64,000 nt of DNA from Eledone cirrhosa (GCA_964016885.1 OZ024740.1:129952001-130016000), one strand, 5' to 3'. Shown: positions 14,700-28,960, counted from the first letter of the stretch. Notes: generated by a model from the letters alone, not told the origin. Numbers and translations are program-made.

Positions 14700-16630
14700 A
14701 ATGTCAAATAGACTCGAGAAGAGTAAAATATGTAATATGTGCATTTGATCTCACATTGGGCAAACCATCGGAATCAAAACACAGACAATTATTTTCCGGC
14801 ATGGAGGGAAAGAAATCGAGAAATGAGACCACACCTGGACGAAATAAAACTTCGGAATGTAAAAGGATATAATCATAGAAACGAGAGACTAACACTTGCA
14901 GATTGAAATAAGAAGAATGTTGAAAAGGTTTTGAGAACACCAATATCAGAAAGACATGGAAATGAATATGTGACAGACACGCCCTTACAAATGGCATTGA
15001 CTATGTTATCACAAGAAGGGATTTCGCAGAAAGTTGAAAGTTTCAGAAACACAACAGGGCATAGTCAAGCTGACAAATAGATTGAAAATATTCAAGAGGA
15101 TATTTCTATTCATGAACATAAAGATCAGTGAGAAAAAAAAACAAGCAAGTATTTATCAATAACTTTAGAAAAAAATAGAATGGATAAAAGAGAATCATTA
15201 CAGAATTTGACAAGTAACAACCAGAACAATGATATATAAGAACATAAAATCAAGCTGTTTAAACAATAATTGAAGGGATGTAGCCTGATATATCAGAATT
15301 AAATGAGATTATCTATGCAGTAGCAACGTTGATAGAAAGGAAATGTGTGCTAAGGAAAAAGCGTAAGCGACAAAACATCCACAATATAAAAAGTGTGTGG
15401 AAAATTGAGAAAGTGAAATGATGAGATGCGATATATCGATCCTGGATGAACTATGTTTTTGTAAATTTCTCATGTCAAGAAAAGGATGGAACGTGATTAA
15501 GAAATACATCGTGATTTCAAAACTTGATATTCCACCAATCAAAGAAACACTCAAACAGAATTTATAGCTAAAAGCTAAAATTATTTGAAAATGTGAAAAC
15601 GAAATAGGCTTTATGTGCAAATGACACTATTTATGTCAGATGAAAAAAGGGTTTACGGGTAAAGTGGGACACCGTCAATTCAAGTAGAGGAACCTTCTTC
15701 AACTCATGTAATTGGAAAAATTTGGAGACCAGTACGGGATACAAAAAATATCATTATGCGATTGGATAAAATACTTCGAAGAAACAAAAATAATTTAGAT
15801 AAGCTGACATGGCAATAAATAATTGTGGAATAACTGATTTTGACACTAAAGAAAGACAACAAAGGAAAATCCTAGATTTGATACGGTGCCACACTTCCGG
15901 TTCTCTTCTCTATATTATATCCATGGTGCATTATTTAAATGTTATAATAAAATTATGATGAAACCTGAGACAATCTAGATTCAGTTGCACAAGCTATAAA
16001 ATGTCATTTGCCAAAATTGACAGAAACTAGTACTCCTAAATTTCTCATCGTACCATTGCTTTCCCACATCTTGCAAAATTCCCACCTCGGTCTTGACTGA
16101 GATAATCTAGAAATTGATGGAGCAAGATCACATTTTCCCCATTGAGCAGACGGTTGATGCTGTGCGTCATATTGTTGCAAGTACCAAACTCTCGTTAACT
16201 GAACGATTGTGAAAAACTGTCATAATAAGCTGGGAAGTTTAACTACTGCCTGTATCGATTATACAAATATTTGATAGTGTTCACGAGTCATGGATTTTGA
16301 AAGTTCTGGAGATGCTCAAAATGTCCCCAGTAATGTGAACATTTCTGAAATTCAACATGGCTGTACGGAATACAAATCTATCACCGTCACAGTGATGAAA
16401 TTAAAACTTCCAGAAGCATAGATATTAGCTTTCGTATTTTTTCAAGGTGATTCGTTTTCTCCTCTGAGATTTTCTATTGAGCTCACAACGTAGTCTTAAG
16501 CGCGAAATAAAACAAAACATGGCTACAACGTATAAAGCAAATAAATAGATTACCCATTTTACGTTGAAGATTGAAGCTGTATTTCAGACATTTCAACGAA
16601 TTGGAAGCACTGCTGAAGACAGTCATGGGA
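14700..16630 (+). pseudogene. Degenerate non-LTR RT remnant, R4/Dong-like
   Basis: Frameshifted motifs IDY..FDSVHESWILKVLEMLK (about 16253-16320), IFFQGDSFSPL (about 16436-16466) and FYVED.LKLY (about 16557-16582). Confidence 0.6.
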
Positions 16631-18629
16631 CCAATCTTTTGTGAGTCACCCTGTATGAATCAGTATACCAGAAAGATGTATTAAACAATATAAATTATGT
16701 TGTAATAAAATACTGAGTTCGTCTTTAGATGCACTTGGCATTGCATTATCGAAATATTAATGCTCTTTAAAGCTAAAACCACTCTACACAACCACCAGCA
16801 TCCAGCATTTTAACTTTGAAAATAAGTAAATAACACGTAATGTGCATCAGACAAACCCATGTATACTAAATAGAGATGATAGAAACAAGATAAAAAGCAA
16901 TTCATTGCAAAGTAAACTACACCACAACAAATAACACCTTCATACGAACATGTATACTCTACCGCGAATATCAAATTAATGCGATAATACTAATATTAAA
17001 ATAATTATACATACGATTCGCACTGTTATACGCCTCAGAAAAATATAGAAATTTCGATTATAAAACGAAGCAAGTACTTCATACTACGACTTTCACCACA
17101 GGATAAATTAGTAAATTATACATTAGATGACAATCTGTACACAACGATATTGAAAAACAGACGATTAATAACGGGCATATGCCTCAATTAGAATGATGTT
17201 AAAATGAAGTGCAAAAAAATTAATATGCCTCCAAAATAGAATGATTGATTTGACGTGTTAATTTAACCATGAAATCTGGCAGATAAAGAAGTCAGAAAAA
17301 GTAAATATACAACATTATATCAGGCGCAGGATTTGCGACAGTAAAAATCAAGTAAAAATAGTGAATCAATGTAAAGATAGATGGTTGTAAAAGGACTATA
17401 GACATACATGAGATAATATGCAAGCATCAAAAGAAAGTAATTGTGAAATATTCCAACACACGCAGGCACACAGAAACATAATCATTCACCTCCACCTAAT
17501 GTATTTATATATTGGGGTATGTCTGTGGTATGATTCTGTGTGTGTGGTTGGTGGGTGGGGGTGGGTGGGTGCAATGTATGTGTATGTAGGAACATTTATG
17601 TTTGTATGTATGAATGTGATGTATGTATGTATGTTGGCATATACAATTGGATACATATCTGGTTAATCTGACGAATATCCTTATACGAAGGTGGGCTTAA
17701 ATGTTCAGAGGTTGGCTATAAAGGATTGAAGATCGAGCTGTGATACATTGCATGCATCAATTTCAACTCCTCGAAATAATAACTAGAGTGTTTCTTTCCG
17801 TGTGAACTGATATCTGACTATTCAAACATAGTTTAAATTTAGTTTAGTAGGAAACACTAAAATTGAATTTTTCAATCGCGAAGAGTGTCGGATTAATTCA
17901 TCTAGAATTCATACAAATTAAAACGTCTACACATTAATCAAGTTCTGTTGGGCTTTCGAATATCGGAAGTTATTCAGAATTGTTGCATCGAAATGAGTCG
18001 GTCACATTGCATTTTACTCCACCCGAGTTTACGATATGTTCGCATTATTGCGGTTTTGTTTACTTTATTCAATCAATTATACTTCCCATTGGCAAGAGAT
18101 TAAATGAGAATTAACCAGGGAAACTACGATTGATTCTGATAAGAACGAATTCTTGTGGAGATTATTTTGAATTAACGAACAATATGGGCATTTTCCTGTA
18201 TTTTTTCGATCAACGGTATACAACTTGATTTACATTGCAAATGCAATGTAAAACATGTTGCACTATATATGTGTACTTATGAACAATTTAAATATCTTAG
18301 TCTAAAAATATTTTCTTTTTGTTTATATTTCTCTCTCAACCTCATTTTCAACTTAATCTCCCCTCAGATTTCTATAGACATTATATAGATATTTTCTTCA
18401 TGAATTCCTAGATTCGACAGTATTTTAATGGGAAATCGACATTTGCTATCGTTTAATACTTAAATATCTTCTCAACACACTTCATATAATCTTAAAATAT
18501 TTGAATGCAGATATAACATTATGTATCATATAGAATAAATACGTAATATATGACAATGCATAAATGCATACACAAACACATATATATATACATCAATACA
18601 TACGCACATACATAATATATATATATATA

Positions 18630-18694
<65 letters not shown>

Positions 18695-18825
18695 GTGAGA
18701 TTTTTTTTACACAATGAAAAATAACCGAGGTCTCCTACACGAGTGAAAGTATAAAGAAAAAGAGATGAAATCGAAAATGCAACTGGAGTCTTATTTTTTA
18801 AAAAGATATATATATTTATTTGGTT

Positions 18826-18863
18826 CCTTTACCGGTTTCGCAGTTCTTCTGCTTTTCAAAAGG
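18826..18863 (-). ncRNA. Minimal hammerhead, U3-A8 variant
   Basis: Reverse complement: CCTT-TTGAAAA-GCAG aagaa CTGC-GAAA-CCGG-TA-AAGG. Confidence 0.7.
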
Positions 18864-18915
18864 TGAGTTGAGATGGAGGGTCTGTGGTTTTTCACAGACC
18901 CTCCATCTCAACTCA

Positions 18916-18953
18916 CCTTTTGAAAAGCAGAAGAACTGCGAAACCGGTAAAGG
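18916..18953 (+). ncRNA. Minimal hammerhead, U3-A8 variant
   Basis: CCTT-TTGAAAA-GCAG aagaa CTGC-GAAA-CCGG-TA-AAGG. Confidence 0.7.
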
Positions 18954-19025
18954 AACCAAATATATATATATACTTAAAAAAAAAATAAGACTCCAGTTGC
19001 ATTTTCGATTTCATCTCTTTTTCTT

Positions 19026-19105
<80 letters not shown>

Positions 19106-19880
19106 AATGTATATGTATATGTATTTGTGTTAATGAGTATATATTTCCATATCTGATTATCTCTCTACTTATCTGTGCTACTGTTTGTTTGTTGGTATCA
19201 GAATGGGATGTTTGTATTATTTATGTAGAAGGGAATGTAAGTTTGTTTATTGGCATGCAATGAAACACTCACGTAAACATATTCTTGTATCATATTGTGA
19301 TACAAAAAAGTCTTAGAAAGAAATACTGAAATCCTTTGGAGCCATTTGCTAGATTAATTGCAGCTGAAGTTATTGCTGTTTTTCTTGTAGGTTTTGATTG
19401 CTATAATGTTGCTTCTAATTATGATGATGAGGAGGATGCGTATACGTAAATATGTGTATGTATATCAATGCGTGTGAAGTTACCTGCATGCATGTGGTTC
19501 ACTAAATATTCTTTTATACAATCACACGCATATCATCAGCATTGGGCTCTATCAAAAGACGAAAAGAATCCGCTAATGTATCCCGTGATAGAATTGAATA
19601 GTTCATTAAGTACATCATCTGTAATGAAACGCATACTACCACCTGAAGCCAACAACTATTTCCATTTAAATTATCAATAAATATCCTATCTAATATTGAA
19701 CTGCGCTTCTATTTCTCTCACTCGCTCTCACAGCCTTTTCCATATGTATGCACGCACAGGCACATGAAAAGCAACGGATATATGTATAATAGGTTATTAC
19801 AGCACAGACACATTTATATATATATATATATACACATACATACAAATATATAAATATATTATATATATACATAAATATAC

Positions 19881-19932
<52 letters not shown>

Positions 19933-20646
19933 ATGTATGTATGTGTATATATATGTATGTGTGAGTGTGTGTGTATATATATGTATGAGTGTGTGTATTT
20001 ATGTATGTATGTAAGTATGTGTGAGTTTATGTATGTGTAAATAATTATGTATGTAATCAACAACGAAATAGTTTCATCTGCTCTTCTCTATATTTCGAAT
20101 TACCAAAATTTTCTTCGCTTTGTTCAATGTAAAAAGGAAATCGTTCACCGCACACTCTGCCATCTAACTGCAACCCTTTCTCTCAAGTAGGAAAAATATA
20201 TAAAATTATAGCTATATTCCCCCCTGTCTCCTTTGATATATTCATATATATATACATATATATATATATATGAGTATGTATGTGTGTGTATTGGTAAATT
20301 TACATACACACAGCCATACATATTCATGTAGGTATATAAACACATATATAGAAATATATATGTGTGTGTATGTGTGTGTGTGTTTGTGTGTGTGTGTTTG
20401 TTTATATATATATATGTGTGTGTGTGTATGTCATTGGTAACAGTCAATAATACATTTATAACAGATTATCGGCAGAAGAAATGATAATACATTTCTCAAA
20501 TCATTGCTTATAATGTTAATCTTCGCCCCTATGTGACGCAGGTGAAAGTTCCTGATATCAACAGTCATTATAGTATTGTACTTTATATGAGAGATATATA
20601 TTATTTCATAATTCTACTTACAATTGTTTTTATTAAATTTAATATT

Positions 20647-20757
<111 letters not shown>

Positions 20758-20769
20758 ATATATATATAT

Positions 20770-21192
20770 ACAATATATTAACAAATGGAAACTATATTTA
20801 TAAAACCATATTTATTTCATTATACATATTTCAAGGGCCACCAGGACAAACTATGGTGCGCTTTCATCAGATAGAATATAATATAGGTTAGTTTTATAAA
20901 TAAATATTGACATACCCTTAAAAAATACAAGCATTCTGGTTGGAATCTCATGGATAGTGGAGTTATTAGATTTATTGTTGGTTTATTATCCAAATTAGTG
21001 TTGGAAAGGTTTAAAAACAGTATATTTAAATTAAGTGTATTTATTTATTTGGTGTATTTATTTATTTGGTGGTTCTATAAATATAGTTTCCCTTTGTTAA
21101 AATATTGTGTATTTACTCCAATAATTTGTTGAGTGCTTTATATCAGTTATAAACATTTTCTTGTTGTATCCCAACAAATTAAATATAACCTC
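20770..21192. mobile_element. PLE pLTR inverted stub, family D, in (TA)n
   Basis: 20770-20970 is the reverse complement of a segment similar to 54700-54892. The right arm 21070-21107 is followed by an extension ending AAATATAACCTCT. Confidence 0.75.
20808..20884 (-). ncRNA. Type-I hammerhead motif
   Basis: Reverse complement: ATATTATATTCTAT-CTGATGA-AAGCGCACCA...TGGTGGCCCTT-GAAA-TATGTA-TA-ATGAAATAAATAT. Confidence 0.7.
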
Positions 21193-21444
21193 TATATATA
21201 TATATATATATATATTGGTTTTGCGAGGTATTTTATATGAAATCGTGTGTCGAAACAAATATTGAGGAGGGTCTTATTTGTGTAATAGTATTGCCAGAAT
21301 TACTAACAGAACGCACTCACTGTTTGGTTGGTTTTCGCTTCTGTGTCTTTTATATCGGTTAATTTAATTTATTCGGTCCTCAATGTTACTATTGACTGAC
21401 CAACGGTCAAAAATACAGATATAATATAGACACAGACACAATGT

Positions 21445-21487
21445 AACAAAGTTCTTTCGTTGTACATCTGCAACATCGTCAGTGGTG
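21445..21487 (-). ncRNA. Hammerhead motif, intact core
   Basis: Reverse complement: CCA-CTGACGA-T-GTTGCA gatg TACAAC-GAAA-GAAC-TT-TG. Stem I is weak. Confidence 0.6.
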
Positions 21488-21743
21488 CTATTATGTTTCC
21501 TCCTGTTGTATTGTATGCCTACGCCATCTTTATTTAGTCTGATTATTTTTGTTTTGGTCTTCTCTGCGCATGCGCAAACGCATGCGCAGAGAAGACAACA
21601 AATAAATAAATAAATATATGAACAGACTAAATAAACACACACGCAAACGCATGCGCAGAGAAGACAAAAAAATAAATAAATAAATAAACAGACTAAATAA
21701 AGATGGCGTAGGCATACAGTACAACATGAGGAAACATAATAGC

Positions 21744-21784
21744 ACCACTGACGTTGTTGCAGATGTGCAACGAAAGAACTTTGT
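21744..21784 (+). ncRNA. Hammerhead motif, A9>T
   Basis: CCA-CTGACGT-T-GTTGCA gatg TGCAAC-GAAA-GAAC-TT-TG. Confidence 0.55.
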
Positions 21785-22034
21785 TACATTGTGTCTGTGT
21801 CTATATCATATCTGTATTTATGACCGTTGGTCAGTCAATAGTAACATTGAGGACCGAATAAATTAAATTAACCAATATAAAAGACACAGAAGCGAAAACC
21901 AACCAAACAGTGAGTGCGTTCTGTTATTAATCCTGGCAATATTATTACAGAAATATGACCCTCCCCAAGTATAACAATATATATATATATCCCTATCGAC
22001 CCCTCTCTCTCTCTCCCGTCTCTGTCTCCTTATA

Positions 22035-22065
<31 letters not shown>

Positions 22066-22814
22066 CAAAGTTTTATTGATCAGTGTCAGAGATGGAGGTG
22101 AGTAAAATGATTCCTCTCGGCACAATTTCTCTTTTAAAAACTTTCTTGCGTTGAGGTTTCATTATTAGACGATTTCAATACTCTCTCGCTCCAACTCAAT
22201 CTTTGGGAAATATTTGTTTATATTTTTATCTACTATACTAGCTTTCTCTTGTAAACGGATATCATGGCGTCAGCTTCGTTGGCTATTTGTTTCGCTCCTC
22301 CTATTTCCCTTCATATTTCGTATTTTCTCTCGCTCCCCGCACTACGCTTCTTGCTGCTGCTTCTTTTCTTTTCATCTCCATTTTCCTACAATCCGTGATT
22401 TTTAAAATTAATATTATCATTACCATCTTCCTTATATTATTACGTTTATTACTATTACTACTACCTTTGACATTCCTGATTGTTGTATTTATTTATTTGG
22501 TGGTTTCCTATTTGTCGCTACTGCCGTTTGTTTTTGATGCTGTTGTCCCGGTCGTTGTTGTTATTCATGGTAATATTATTACAGTGATTTTTGTCGTTGT
22601 TGTCGCCGCCTTATCGACAATTGTTAACTGGTATCCATGTCACAAAATACCACACAGTACACCACCCCACTAACAGATTCATTATTATATGTCCTGTTTT
22701 GAATATGTTTTCTCTCTCTGGAAACGCCTGATTTGGGGCGCCTGTCTTACACTTCTGGTCCCAACACACGTACATATATGTGTATATATATATATATATA
22801 AATATATATATATA

Positions 22815-22909
<95 letters not shown>

Positions 22910-23244
22910 GCACAATTGAATACACTGTCATAAACACACATTTATATATACAGACAAGTATCCATATGCACTCAAACTTTTGCATTCGAACCCACCAGCG
23001 ACGAAAAATAAAACGTATGTTTATATATACACAACATTTTGCCGATCATCTAAAACACTTGTTCGTGATTAATCTGAAGTGTGTCAACAGATTAAACTTA
23101 GAGTCAGATCTCTATCACCCAGGCATAAACTTTATCCAATAATGAGTGATACGCTTGTAACAGGTCTATAAGCGTGGAAAACGTAAAGAGATGTAAACGA
23201 AACTTCATCGTTTTCTTATTATGATATATATATATATATATATG

Positions 23245-23385
23245 AATAAATAAAAGAGCTCAAGCCGTGTTGAAGGGTATTTCGTCATAGTCTTTAATAT
23301 TTTCCTATTACCCACTCTACTACACTAAGTATTGTGTACTCTGGTGCGTTATGGTCTATCTGGTTCCTTAGCACACTTCATTCTT
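23245..23385 (-). mobile_element. pLTR-like stub, family F, in (TA)n
   Basis: Shares GAGCTCAAGCCG and CTATTACCCACTCTACTAC...TGGTGCGTTATGGTC...CTGGTTCCTTA with 25157-25325 and 49759-49880. Confidence 0.6.
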
Positions 23386-23618
23386 TATATATATATACAG
23401 CTATATTTAGCGAGATTCGCGTTTCGGCGTGTAGAAATTAGTGAAACGCAACTTCAATAATGTGCAGACGAGCGCTCCATGCTTATGAAGAGGATAGCAG
23501 AGCTATAAACAGAAGTTAAAATGGTCATACACACTCAGAAGATGGTTAAGACGCCATAGCCACCATAGCCAAAAAGGCGAACAAGCTAAATGGGTCAAAC
23601 AAAATGAGATATGATTGA

Positions 23619-23696
<78 letters not shown>

Positions 23697-23744
23697 TATA
23701 TGTATATATATATATATATATATACACATACATACATACATATA

Positions 23745-23879
<135 letters not shown>

Positions 23880-24267
23880 ATATATTGACATATATATATA
23901 TGATATATTTCATATATATATTTCATTAAATAAAGATATATATTTCACCTTTAATCGGTATTTCGAATTTGACTTTCATGTTAGCACTAGACCCACCAAA
24001 GAATCCTTATAAGAACACTTACTCACCACCACCACAAACATACTCTGTACTTACATGCTCTCACTTATCCTTATTTATTTATTTATATTTAACATTTTCT
24101 TATTTTCTTTTTTAATGTATCCTTTCTCACGTTTTACTGTTTAATGTTTACATCTGTAACTTCTCTACCTATTTATCATATACATTTTTTTATTGATTTT
24201 ATTGTTTTGATTATACGCTACTCTTCTATATATATCTTGCCTCGAGTGAATTATTTTTATATGTACT

Positions 24268-24376
24268 TATTCTGATGTGTTGATCAGAGGTAAACAATGT
24301 AATGAATATTGAGTAACGCAACTTCAAGCGATTAGCGCCCTCTTGACTCACCTAATCAATGAAACAATTGTCAATA
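24268..24376 (+). ncRNA. Hammerhead motif with long stem II (A9>T)
   Basis: TATT-CTGATGT-GTTGATCAGAGGT...ACCTAATCAAT-GAAA-CAATTG-TC-AATA. Stem III is the palindrome ACAATTGT. The motif lies about 55 nt before a (TA)n tract. Confidence 0.6.
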
Positions 24377-24428
24377 CCTGAAATAAAAACCCTTGTTGTA
24401 CAGCCCACCATATTACTCTTCATTCTTT

Positions 24429-24475
<47 letters not shown>

Positions 24476-24571
24476 GAGGTTATATTTAATTTGTTGGGAT
24501 TCAACAATCTTAAAAATTGTGTGTGTGTGTGTATATATAGATATAGATAAATAGATATATACACACACACC

Positions 24572-24656
<85 letters not shown>

Positions 24657-24659
<3 letters not shown>

Positions 24660-25090
24660 TAGGAAATCGTGTGTCGACAGAAATATTGTCATAGTTGGGG
24701 AGGATCATATTGTTGTAATAATATTGCCAGAAAAATAACAGTACACACTCACTGTTTGGTTGGTTTTCGTTTATGATCTTTTATATTCCATAGATAATTT
24801 ATTTGATAAACATTGATAAACATGATAAACATTGATTGCCCAACTGTTAAAAATACAGATATAAATATATGTAGTCTATCAAAATTCTTTCGTTGCACAG
24901 CTGCAGCATCATCAGTAGTACTATTATGTTTCAGACCATTGTATTGCATTGTAATGTAATGTCTACGCCATTTATATTTTAATTAAATAAAAGATACAGA
25001 AGCGAAAACCAACCAAACAGTGAGTGTGTTCTGTTATTATGTCTACCAATATTATTACAACAATATGACCCTCCCCAATTATATTAATAT
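24657..25090. mobile_element. Family B inverted pLTR insertion in (TA)n
   Basis: Arms about 24690-24785 / 24987-25085, with the left extension. The left part continues through the HHR. Confidence 0.8.
24877..24920 (-). ncRNA. Hammerhead motif, intact core
   Basis: Reverse complement: CTA-CTGATGA-T-GCTGCA gctg TGCAAC-GAAA-GAAT-TT-TG. Confidence 0.55.
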
Positions 25091-25100
25091 AGGTATATAT

Positions 25101-25156
<56 letters not shown>

Positions 25157-25159
<3 letters not shown>

Positions 25160-25322
25160 AACGAGTCAGACCCCGACGGCTGAGCTCAAGCCGTTTCGAG
25201 GGCTAATTCTGGACTGAATTAGCCGTCGGGTCCTACTCATTTCTATTACCCACTCTACTACCCTAAGTATTAGGTTCTTTGGTGCGTTATGGTCCATCTG
25301 GTTCCTTACCACATTCCCTTCG

Positions 25323-25325
<3 letters not shown>
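25157..25325 (-). mobile_element. Family F stub with a degenerate full-size type-I hammerhead (25163-25238)
   Basis: Reverse complement: GAGTAGGACC-CGAC(damaged core)-GGCTAATTC agtcca GAATTAGCC-CTC-GAAA-CGGCTTGAGCTCAGCCG-TC-GGGGTCTGACTC. Confidence 0.6.
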
Positions 25326-25353
<28 letters not shown>

Positions 25354-25359
<6 letters not shown>

Positions 25360-25940
25360 GTTGAAAAGGTAACACACTAGAGAGAGGGAGAGACAGACAG
25401 AGATAGTGTGCCATCAATAAAACAGGGAAAACCACTAGTGTATGGAATCTATAACCTATGGGATGCAGTGCAGACCCACAATAATTCAAAATATAAATTA
25501 AAATGTATATACGCACCTCTATAACTATATAACACACGCGTACACATCTAAAGAGATCTGTTTCACCGGGAAGTTTTTGATTGAAATGGAATAGCCTATG
25601 GGTCATCAGCGCGTGGAAGACTATACATTCCAGACAACTCTAAGATAATCTAAAGCGGCCGTCCAGCTTCATGCGGCAGAGAGATACGACAGTGAACCAG
25701 TGGTATCTGAGTGATGAGCTGCTAGAAAGGGCAGCCCCAAAACCACTCAAAGAAGTGTGCTCAACCAAACAGAGAGAGAGGAAAGACTGTAATAAGGAGC
25801 GAATCTCTTTCTCTCCCTCTCTCTCTCTAGTGTGTTACCTTTTCAGCATATTGTATTTTAAAGAGCTCAGGATTCCTTTTCCTTTCAGCACATTATTGAC
25901 AGGAAATAACGAGAGTCTTTGGTCCTGTTAATTTATCGGT
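25354..25940. mobile_element. TA-flanked insertion with short terminal inverted repeat and right extension
   Basis: AATATGTTGAAAAGGTAACACACTAGAGAGAG (25354) is inverted at about 25820-25852. A weak HHR-like GTGATGA-GCTGC..GCAGC lies at 25711. Confidence 0.55.
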
Positions 25941-25947
25941 ATATATA

Positions 25948-25981
<34 letters not shown>

Positions 25982-27200
25982 CCTCGAACAAAATGCCTAC
26001 TGCCGTATCCTTAATATGCGTAAAAAAATATATACTTAATTCTAATTACCACTTATCTTCATGCATCTGTTTGCTAATATTCCTGATTAGTGTGTATTTC
26101 ATTTAACCCATCTGAATACTCCTGATAATTCGTAACTTAATTTCTATACTATTTTAATTAACATTAAACTATTGCCACTGATTGATTCATTGTTTCCATG
26201 TAGATTCAGATTTTTCAGCTCTATTGACACGATTGTTGAGATTAAAGATAGATTTGATTTTAAATCCTTCGTTTCATTTAATTAATATATATAAGAGAAT
26301 CATTGTGTGTTAAGTATAAGAAGGTACGTAATTTGAATATTCTTAAGAGTAAACGAATGTCGTATCAATTTCCACGAAAACCTTGAACTTTTAAGTGAAT
26401 AAAATTGATGCACTACATGCTTATTTCATAAGTAAATTTAGTATTATAAATGGTTGGTCTTCGTCCGATATTCTTATAAATGTTTTTTGACATGGCAGTT
26501 CCCATTTAACCTGTTTATTGCGATGGATAAATTCATGGTATAAATTCAATCAAAGTTTAAACTTTCAAAATCTGGGGATCTCGTCATTTTGTATTACTTT
26601 TACCAATCACATTTAGCTGGCATAACACAGACATAAGCATTGTTAATGATTTTTCGTGTGAAACTATAAAATATGTGACATTTTTACGATGTCCAAAATA
26701 CACCAAGTACAACAGGAGACATTTGAGGCAATGTATTGGTTCCGTTAATTTATGTCTAAAGATTATGTTTGCAATTGCGCTTCGAGGAAAGTTTGAGAAA
26801 ATTTGAGATCATGTTGATTTCATTTTGTTCTCTGATTACTTATTAAAATATAAAACTGTTACTATTTCATTCCGCAAATTTATTTATGAAAATTCCGATT
26901 CTATTGATTTTGTATCCATTAATCATTTCTGGAATAAACAACCATTCTGATATACAAAGCTGACTTTATTAAGCTGACACTCACACTACAGTTTCCATCA
27001 TCTGCACTGCTATTTGTATAACTAGATTGATAAAACTCAACATTTACGGCTCGGTCATGAAAGATTTATGTATTGTGTCTATATTCAAAAGGAAAACATG
27101 ATGTTATATTAAGATACTATTATATTAGCTATCACACAAACCTATTAAAAAAATTACTCCTTTATTCCCCTCTTCACGATGAGATTTTCAATGTGCATTA

Positions 27201-27291
27201 TTTGCCTTTCATCCTTATGGGGTCGATAACATAAAGTACCAGTAATACACTATGATATTTGCTGGCCTTGTGCCAAAAGTAGAAACAATCA
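27201..27291 (+). mobile_element. 5'-truncated tRNA-derived SINE
   Basis: Matches the 3' half of 36036-36219. Confidence 0.75.
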
Positions 27292-27955
27292 TTTGATAGA
27301 CTCTTCTTTTAATGTGTACATTGCATACATTACCTAATTGTGATGCAATACATATTAGAATGAGTTTAGATAAACTATTATATATATAGTACAGTTTTCT
27401 GGAATAAACAATTCACTTCCTGTTCAATAGTTATGTCAGTGATGAAATACGAAAATGAAATAGCCAAACCGAATTTCTTCTCCAAAATAGAAAGATTAAT
27501 AGATTTGTGTAATCACTGTTTGAGCGTAACTATAGGTTAACTATCTTTTCTCTCCCCTTCTCCCCAGTTATGTACCTACCTAAATGGATCTATGGATGTG
27601 TGCGTATATGTATGCGTTTGTATAGCGGAATATAAGCTAGAATCTAACTGCAATGTCTAGTGCATGCGTAGAATGTAATGGCAACGTAACTAAATAATAC
27701 ATATTTATACAGATCTCGGCTTATATGAGAAGATGTTATATGAAGCTAATGTAGATAAAACACACTAATCTACATCCAATGTATACAGAAAATAAGTTTA
27801 TTGTTTTATAACCACCGTGGAATATATTGTGTAATATGATATTGAGTTTAATTCCTATCAATGATAGTTTTCAAAATTCTTATGTCGGATGATGTCATCT
27901 GGAATTAATATATGACCCTCTCCATTCTATTCTTATATGTGGCACCATTTTACAG

Positions 27956-28077
27956 ATAATAGCAACCATTATATATTGGAGTTTGCTAGTGTTTTCATCA
28001 TCTTTGATAACAACGATATTTTGGCCGTTTTACGTCGATTTTGCTGGCATTGCCCATTGGATATTGTTAGATTGGAG
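27956..28077 (+). other. Candidate 122-nt host exon (unverified)
   Basis: ttttacag| ... GAG|gtataa. One open frame is hydrophobic (IIATIIYWSLLVFSSSLITTIFWPFYVDFAGIAHWILLDW), and a second frame is also open. Confidence 0.2.
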
Positions 28078-28512
28078 GTATAAAGGATCATCTGCATGCT
28101 TGGAACTCTAAATTTGAGCAGAACATTTTATTGTATAAACATAGTAAAAATTTACATTCAAGATTAAAGTTACATTCTTAAAGTTAAGTTGATATTTGAT
28201 CCATCCACTAGCTTTTATAGAGTATCGTATTGCTTGTATTGTTTGTAAATTTGTCAATACATGATATGCCTAATTTATGCTTTATTCCTTATAGCAAACC
28301 TTTCCTTTTTTTCTTTCCTTTTCTTACATCTATATCAGCCTGTTTTTAATGCCTCATGCTGCTGATTCTTGATCATATTTATATGATTATGGTTTTCGTT
28401 GTCTTCTTGCCTTCCTCTCTTAAATGTATGTTAATATCTGTATTTTATCAGCTTTCTTCCCATATATGGTATCCCAGGAATGTTTTTTAACATATTTATC
28501 TGTGTTCTAATG

Positions 28513-28576
28513 TTTTATTTGTACTCCGATGAATCCACCATTGTGCTTGCATGAAACTAACGTTAGTAATTAAAGG
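28513..28576 (+). ncRNA. Degenerate hammerhead motif
   Basis: CCGATGA...GAAA-CTAACGTTAG-TA. Stem III is the perfect palindrome ACTAACGTTAGT; stems I and II are decayed. Confidence 0.45.
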
Positions 28577-28885
28577 TAATTAAACTCTATTTGATTGTTA
28601 TTTATAAAGTATTCCGGTTGTGCATTATATTTGTTATTTTACATCGAGCTATTCTCATACTGGTAATTGGATAATATTAATATTACCCAATATTATATAT
28701 ATATATATACAACTGTAAATAATGTTCAAAGACCAAACAGATCATTAGAAAGAAAAATAAATCACCAAGATAACAAGAAGATCTTACCTTAGTAAATTTA
28801 GTGATCCCAAATATTCTCGGGTTTAAAAACCCATTATCAAGAGTTTCCTTTTCAACAAAGCTTCATGAAATCTACAAACTTATGT

Positions 28886-28959
<74 letters not shown>

Positions 28960-28960
<1 letters not shown>

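Larger units (their letters stand above)
18688..19027. mobile_element. ORF-less palindromic pLTR insertion, family A, in (TA)n
   Basis: Arms about 18750-18886 / 18893-19027 with a 6-nt loop, plus a left extension of about 60 nt. Near-identical to the pLTR at 44040-44240. Confidence 0.9.
21215..21978. mobile_element. ORF-less palindromic pLTR insertion, family B, in (TA)n
   Basis: Inverted arms of about 330 bp (about 21262-21590 / 21640-21975), plus a left extension with AAATCGTGTGTCGA that is also at 24664. Confidence 0.85.

Noticed and set aside
16625-17720. Tc1/mariner-like terminal motifs (GTGAGTCACCCTGTA at about 16640; TACGAAGGTGGG at about 17683)
   Set aside because: No matching partner TIR or transposase was found.
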